From positions 358,484,001 to 358,548,000 of the forward strand of contig OZ024743.1 in assembly GCA_964016885.1 (NCBI GenBank): DNA of 64,000 bases, read 5' to 3'. Position 1 is the first letter of the stretch. Each line of letters opens with the position of its first letter. Position numbers and translations under genes: made by a program. Shown here in pieces: positions 59,790 through 64,000 of the stretch. The stretch comes from Eledone cirrhosa. Its lineage: Eukaryota. Under the pieces are notes generated by a model. The model searched no databases. It was not told the DNA's origin and was given only the letters and a program-made list of their open reading frames with translations.

Positions 59790-60455
59790 TGGTGGATCAC
59801 ACATATTGTAACTCAGGTAATATAGGATGGTGTCATACTCAATAACTGGTGTAGCAGCTACAAGGACAAAGGAGTGCACTAGAAGCATCAAGTTGATGGA
59901 CCAGGCTGTGAAAGTTATTGAAAGAGTTATAGTACAAACGATCAGGGATTGAAATAACCTAGACAAGATGCAGTTCATGTGCCAGCTTGAGGTATGACTG
60001 ATGGCCTTTTCATTGTGAGACAGCAGCAAAAGAAGTACTTAGCTGAAAGTGAGCCCCTCTGTTTGGCATTTGTTGACCTAGATAAAGCTTTTGACAGGGT
60101 ACATTGCTCCATAATCTTGTGGGTTCTAAGAAAACTAGGGGTAACTGGTTTGTGAGGGTTGTGAAAGGCAGTCAGTGAGAAGTTATAATGAGAAATTCAG
60201 CTTGAGGGTGAATATCACCAAGGCTCTGTTCTCAGCCCATTTCTGTTTATTATAGTTTGTCAGGCCATAATCAAAAGAGTTTATGACTGGCTGTCCATGG
60301 GAACTCCTGTATAAAAATGACCTAGCTCTCGTAGCTGAATCTGCTGTGGAACTAGAGAAGAAATTCCAGATATGGAATCAAAAGGTCTCAAAATCAACTT
60401 AGATTAAAATTGTAATAAATAAGAAAGATGACATAGCTCTAATTCCATCAGGGAA
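59790..60455 (+). mobile_element. Degenerate RTE LINE fragment
   Basis: Homologous to 20930-21660 in the opposite orientation (LAFVDLDKAFDRV, HQGSVLSP, GCPWELLY). Confidence 0.8.
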
Positions 60456-61074
60456 TTACTTCTTCAGGACTAGAACTTTAATCACAAGTTTTACTTTTTA
60501 ATTGTTCCAATTATCAGTATCATACCCTAAATTATATTCATTTAATAACAAAAAATATTTTTATAAACCTTCAATATCCGAACATTTAAAATAAATATTT
60601 ATTGTTTAGCTTCAGGGAGTTGGGAGCGCCTTTGTGGTCGCTTGATCGGCTTGAAAGAGCAGCCAAATTCCATTCAAATGACACTCTAGATACAACTTAG
60701 CAATAATAAGGTAAAGAAGTTCATTTCGCAATTATTAGGTACCAGGTTCTATCTCGCTGCACGGCAGCTTGGGCAAGTATCATTTCCCATAGCCCCATAT
60801 TGACCTATTCCTTATATGTGAAATTGGGTAGACGGAAACTGTTTGAAAGCCCGTCTGATATACTGTAGCTGTAATTCAATCGGCTAACCTTATCTCCCCG
60901 AAAATTACGTTAAGGGAATGCTAAGTCACTTACACGTTAATTTCATGCGCGGGATGTCTCGCTAATCGAAAAACCGACGCAGGTTCATGTCATCAGTAAA
61001 TTATATTAGAGAATTATGTAAGAAAGTAACAAATAGCTTATAATTCCTTTTGTTTATCGGTTAGTTTATTCTGT

Positions 61075-61252
61075 ACTTCCGGTCATTCATACTTTCGATA
61101 TTGAGACGTTTGTCTTCATATTTCGACTAATTGATCTTTCAGATGTCTGTTGGGGATAAATGTAAATGCTATACGATAGCAACAGATGATGGATATAGAA
61201 GGGATATGTTGTTATTTAACTGTAGAGTTTTAAATAGAAATAGTATGTTGAG
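61075..61252 (+). promoter_or_regulatory. Putative promoter and non-coding first exon of the zinc-finger gene
   Basis: ETS motif ACTTCCGG at 61075, strong donor AG|GTAAGA at 61252/61253, and acceptor tttcag at 61995 upstream of the ORF. Inference only. Confidence 0.45.
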
Positions 61253-62197
61253 GTAAGATCTCTTTTGTCTGTTGTTGTTGTTTAACTTCAGGTCAGTCCT
61301 GATCGAGCAGACTATTTATCAGAGACATTTAAGCAATGACCAAGCCATCTCTTTTCAGTAATTGTGTACCCCGAACTATATTATTCAATGTGCAATTTTT
61401 TAAAAAGATATTAAGGTGTGATTTAAAGGATATATCATTTGTATTTCTAGCATGGCAACCGACAACGCTGGTTCGTTTTGTCTTATGTATTTAATGTAAA
61501 CAATTAGTGTAAGTTGTTGTTTAGGGGGTAACAGGTGTATTTTACTGTTGTGCTCCAGTTTTGTGTGAACACAGACATTCTTTAGTTTCGTGCCAGTTAC
61601 AGTATTTGTCAAAGTGTTGTTTTGGTTGCTGTTTGAAAAACGTATCATTGAAACTATAACATCGTAGCTATTCCCTTATATATAATCTAAGATGGGGATA
61701 CCTTTAATATTTTGTGCCTAATGAGTTACGGCATGTCTTCATTTTAGTTCCCTTTTAATTTAAAACATTGTTTTCTTTTTCATATCGTATTTTGATGTGT
61801 TAAATGAGGGTGTGTTTTTGCGTGGTACAACATTTCTTGAAAGACATTCAAATGGGTCCTACATGCTATAGAGTTGGCTTTCCGCATCACTAAATGCTAA
61901 TAAGGATGATTAGAAGGATGTCTCGCTATGAATGTTTCATCATATATTTCTTAAAGTTTTATCATTAACCACATGTTGGTTTTGTTGTATTTCAGGAAAT
62001 CTTTGCTTCTTGAAAAGAATAAAAACAACAATAACAAATAAGAATTTCTGGAATATGAATCAAAATTGAACTGTGTAGACTAAAATACATTCTTTGATTC
62101 AATGAGGAAATATGTAAATAGGCACGGAGTGAAATAGATCATTTGATAATATATACTGGAGAATATTACTAAATATTATACCTCTGAATTTTGAAGT

Positions 62198-63400
62198 ATG
62201 GAAGCAGAAATGGTCTATAATGACAAAAGATCATACAATTGTGAAATATGTGGTAAAACATTCTCAGCTAATAGTAGCTTAAAGAGACATAAAATGATTC
62301 ACGCTGATGAAAAACCTTTCCATTGTGATATTTGTGGTAAAGCATTCTCACAGAACTATAATTTATGGAAACATAAACTAATACACACAGGTGAGAAACC
62401 ACACCAGTGTGAGATTTGTGGTAAAGCTTTCTTACTGAGTGGTCACCTAAAGAGGCATGAAATAATCCATACTGGAGAGAAACCATATCAGTGTGATATA
62501 TGTGGTAAGGCTTTCTCTCTGAGTTGTAACTTGAGGAGCCATAAAATGACTCATACAGGAGAGCGTCCATACCAGTGTGAAATCTGTTCTAAAACATTTT
62601 CATCTAATAGTGCTTTAACAAAGCATGTATTAATTCACACAGGGGAGAAACCATATCAATGTGATATTTGTGGTCGAGCCTTTTCACGCAGCGGTCACTT
62701 AAAGACACATGAATTGGTCCATACTGGAGAAAAACCATTCTATTGTGAGATTTGTGGTAAAACGTTTTCATTGAAAGGTAACCTGAGGAAGCATGCACTC
62801 ACCCACACAGAGAAACCATCACAATGTGAAGTTTGTGGTAAATCATTCTCATTTAACATTGACTTAAGAAATCACAAAAAAATTCACAAGAAAGCAAAAA
62901 TCTATCAATGTGAAATTTGTGCCAAAAGATTTTCATGTAATAAAAGCTTAAAGAAGCATGAAATATTACATAAAGAACAGAAAGTGTATCAGTGTGATAT
63001 TTGTGATAAAACATTTTCAAGAAAAGAATTTGTTATGGTACATAAAGTTGTTCATATGGGAGAGGAAGCACACCAGTGTGAAATTTGTGGTAAAACATTC
63101 TCATCCACGAGTAGTTTAAGTAAGCATAGTCAGTCACATTTAGAAGAGAAACCCTATCAATGTGAATTTTGTGGCAAAACATTCTCATATAATTGTGACT
63201 TCTTAAAGCATGAAATGGTTCATACTGGAGAGAGACCATTTCCTTGTGATGTTTGTGGAAAAGCATTTGCACAGAGTTCGACATTGAAAAAACATAAATT
63301 GGTTCATACAGGAGAGAAACCATTCCCTTGTTTAATTTGTAATAAAGCATTCTCATGTAAAAGTAACTTAAATAGACACTCTGTTGTTCACATTAAATAA
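62198..63400 (+). CDS. Tandem C2H2 zinc-finger protein, 14 fingers, 400 aa, no effector domain
   Basis: 14 C-x2-C-x12-H-x3-H repeats, mostly with TGEKP linkers, in one intact ORF. Confidence 0.95.
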   Translation: MEAEMVYNDKRSYNCEICGKTFSANSSLKRHKMIHADEKPFHCDICGKAFSQNYNLWKHKLIHTGEKPHQCEICGKAFLLSGHLKRHEIIHTGEKPYQCDICGKAFSLSCNLRSHKMTHTGERPYQCEICSKTFSSNSALTKHVLIHTGEKPYQCDICGRAFSRSGHLKTHELVHTGEKPFYCEICGKTFSLKGNLRKHALTHTEKPSQCEVCGKSFSFNIDLRNHKKIHKKAKIYQCEICAKRFSCNKSLKKHEILHKEQKVYQCDICDKTFSRKEFVMVHKVVHMGEEAHQCEICGKTFSSTSSLSKHSQSHLEEKPYQCEFCGKTFSYNCDFLKHEMVHTGERPFPCDVCGKAFAQSSTLKKHKLVHTGEKPFPCLICNKAFSCKSNLNRHSVVHIK

Positions 63401-64000
63401 ACTATCCATCATTGAGAATTGTGATGAAGCAAATGTAATATGTTAGTATTCAGTGTAACAGGAACTAACTGGCTGGAATAGAGAGAGTAATGAAATATAA
63501 TTTTTTAAGAAATAAAAATTAAAGCAAAAAAATGTGTTAAAATATTGCCATATTTTTAATAATCTCTTAAGTTTACCAATTTGTAGAGGAGAATTAATAT
63601 TAATTGAATACAGTAGATGTCTGGTATTTATTTTATTGATTTCGAAGGAAGGAAAGATAGAGTTGAACCTGCAATATAGATAGATGATCCAGTGCATTGA
63701 TTGGTCAAGTGCACTAGCATTTTTGACACACCACTACTATCCTTATTAATAAACATTTTAACATGGGGAGGATAAAGGAAGTTGTTACATTTATACCTTT
63801 CCTAAAAACATTAGTGAGTGAAGAAAACAAAACAAAATGACTGCAACTGAGAAATATAAATGTTTGACTGACCTAGCTAGTTGCTGATACATGGTGAATT
63901 GGCAGTCGTTAGAGTATCACATAGATTAATACATTGTGTAGCTCTCCTCTGAATTCAAATCCTAATGAGATCAGTTTTACCTTTTACTCTTTCAGTTGAG

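Noticed and set aside
62268-63356. Minus-strand ORFs with repeated His/Tyr patterns
   Set aside because: Antisense shadows of the zinc-finger repeats.

Overview
Eukaryotic, AT-rich and repeat-dense DNA. It is most likely a coleoid cephalopod (Octopus-like), inferred from the SINE families, RTE/Penelope content and tandem C2H2 gene. Three host genes can be built from splice signals. (1) NDUFA8 on the minus strand, 3 coding exons, 169 aa. (2) A divergent hnRNP U/hnRNPUL1-family gene on the plus strand, 11 coding exons, about 1249 aa, with SPRY + P-loop/PNK-like core, no visible SAP or RGG region, and an RS/RD-rich tail. (3) A 14-finger C2H2 gene with a single coding exon. The rest is mostly transposon debris: Penelope-like elements with inverted pseudo-LTRs, CRE-like and RTE-clade LINEs, tRNA-derived SINEs, Helitron remnants, piggyBac- and Tc1-type MITEs, and microsatellites. 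Two signals stand out. First, the hnRNPU-like protein has Asp (GTDTL) where human hnRNPU/UL1 have the kinase-inactivating Asn (GTN), so it may be a naturally active polynucleotide kinase. Second, four unrelated type I hammerhead ribozymes occur, each paired with an inverted partner copy that is truncated or core-mutated.
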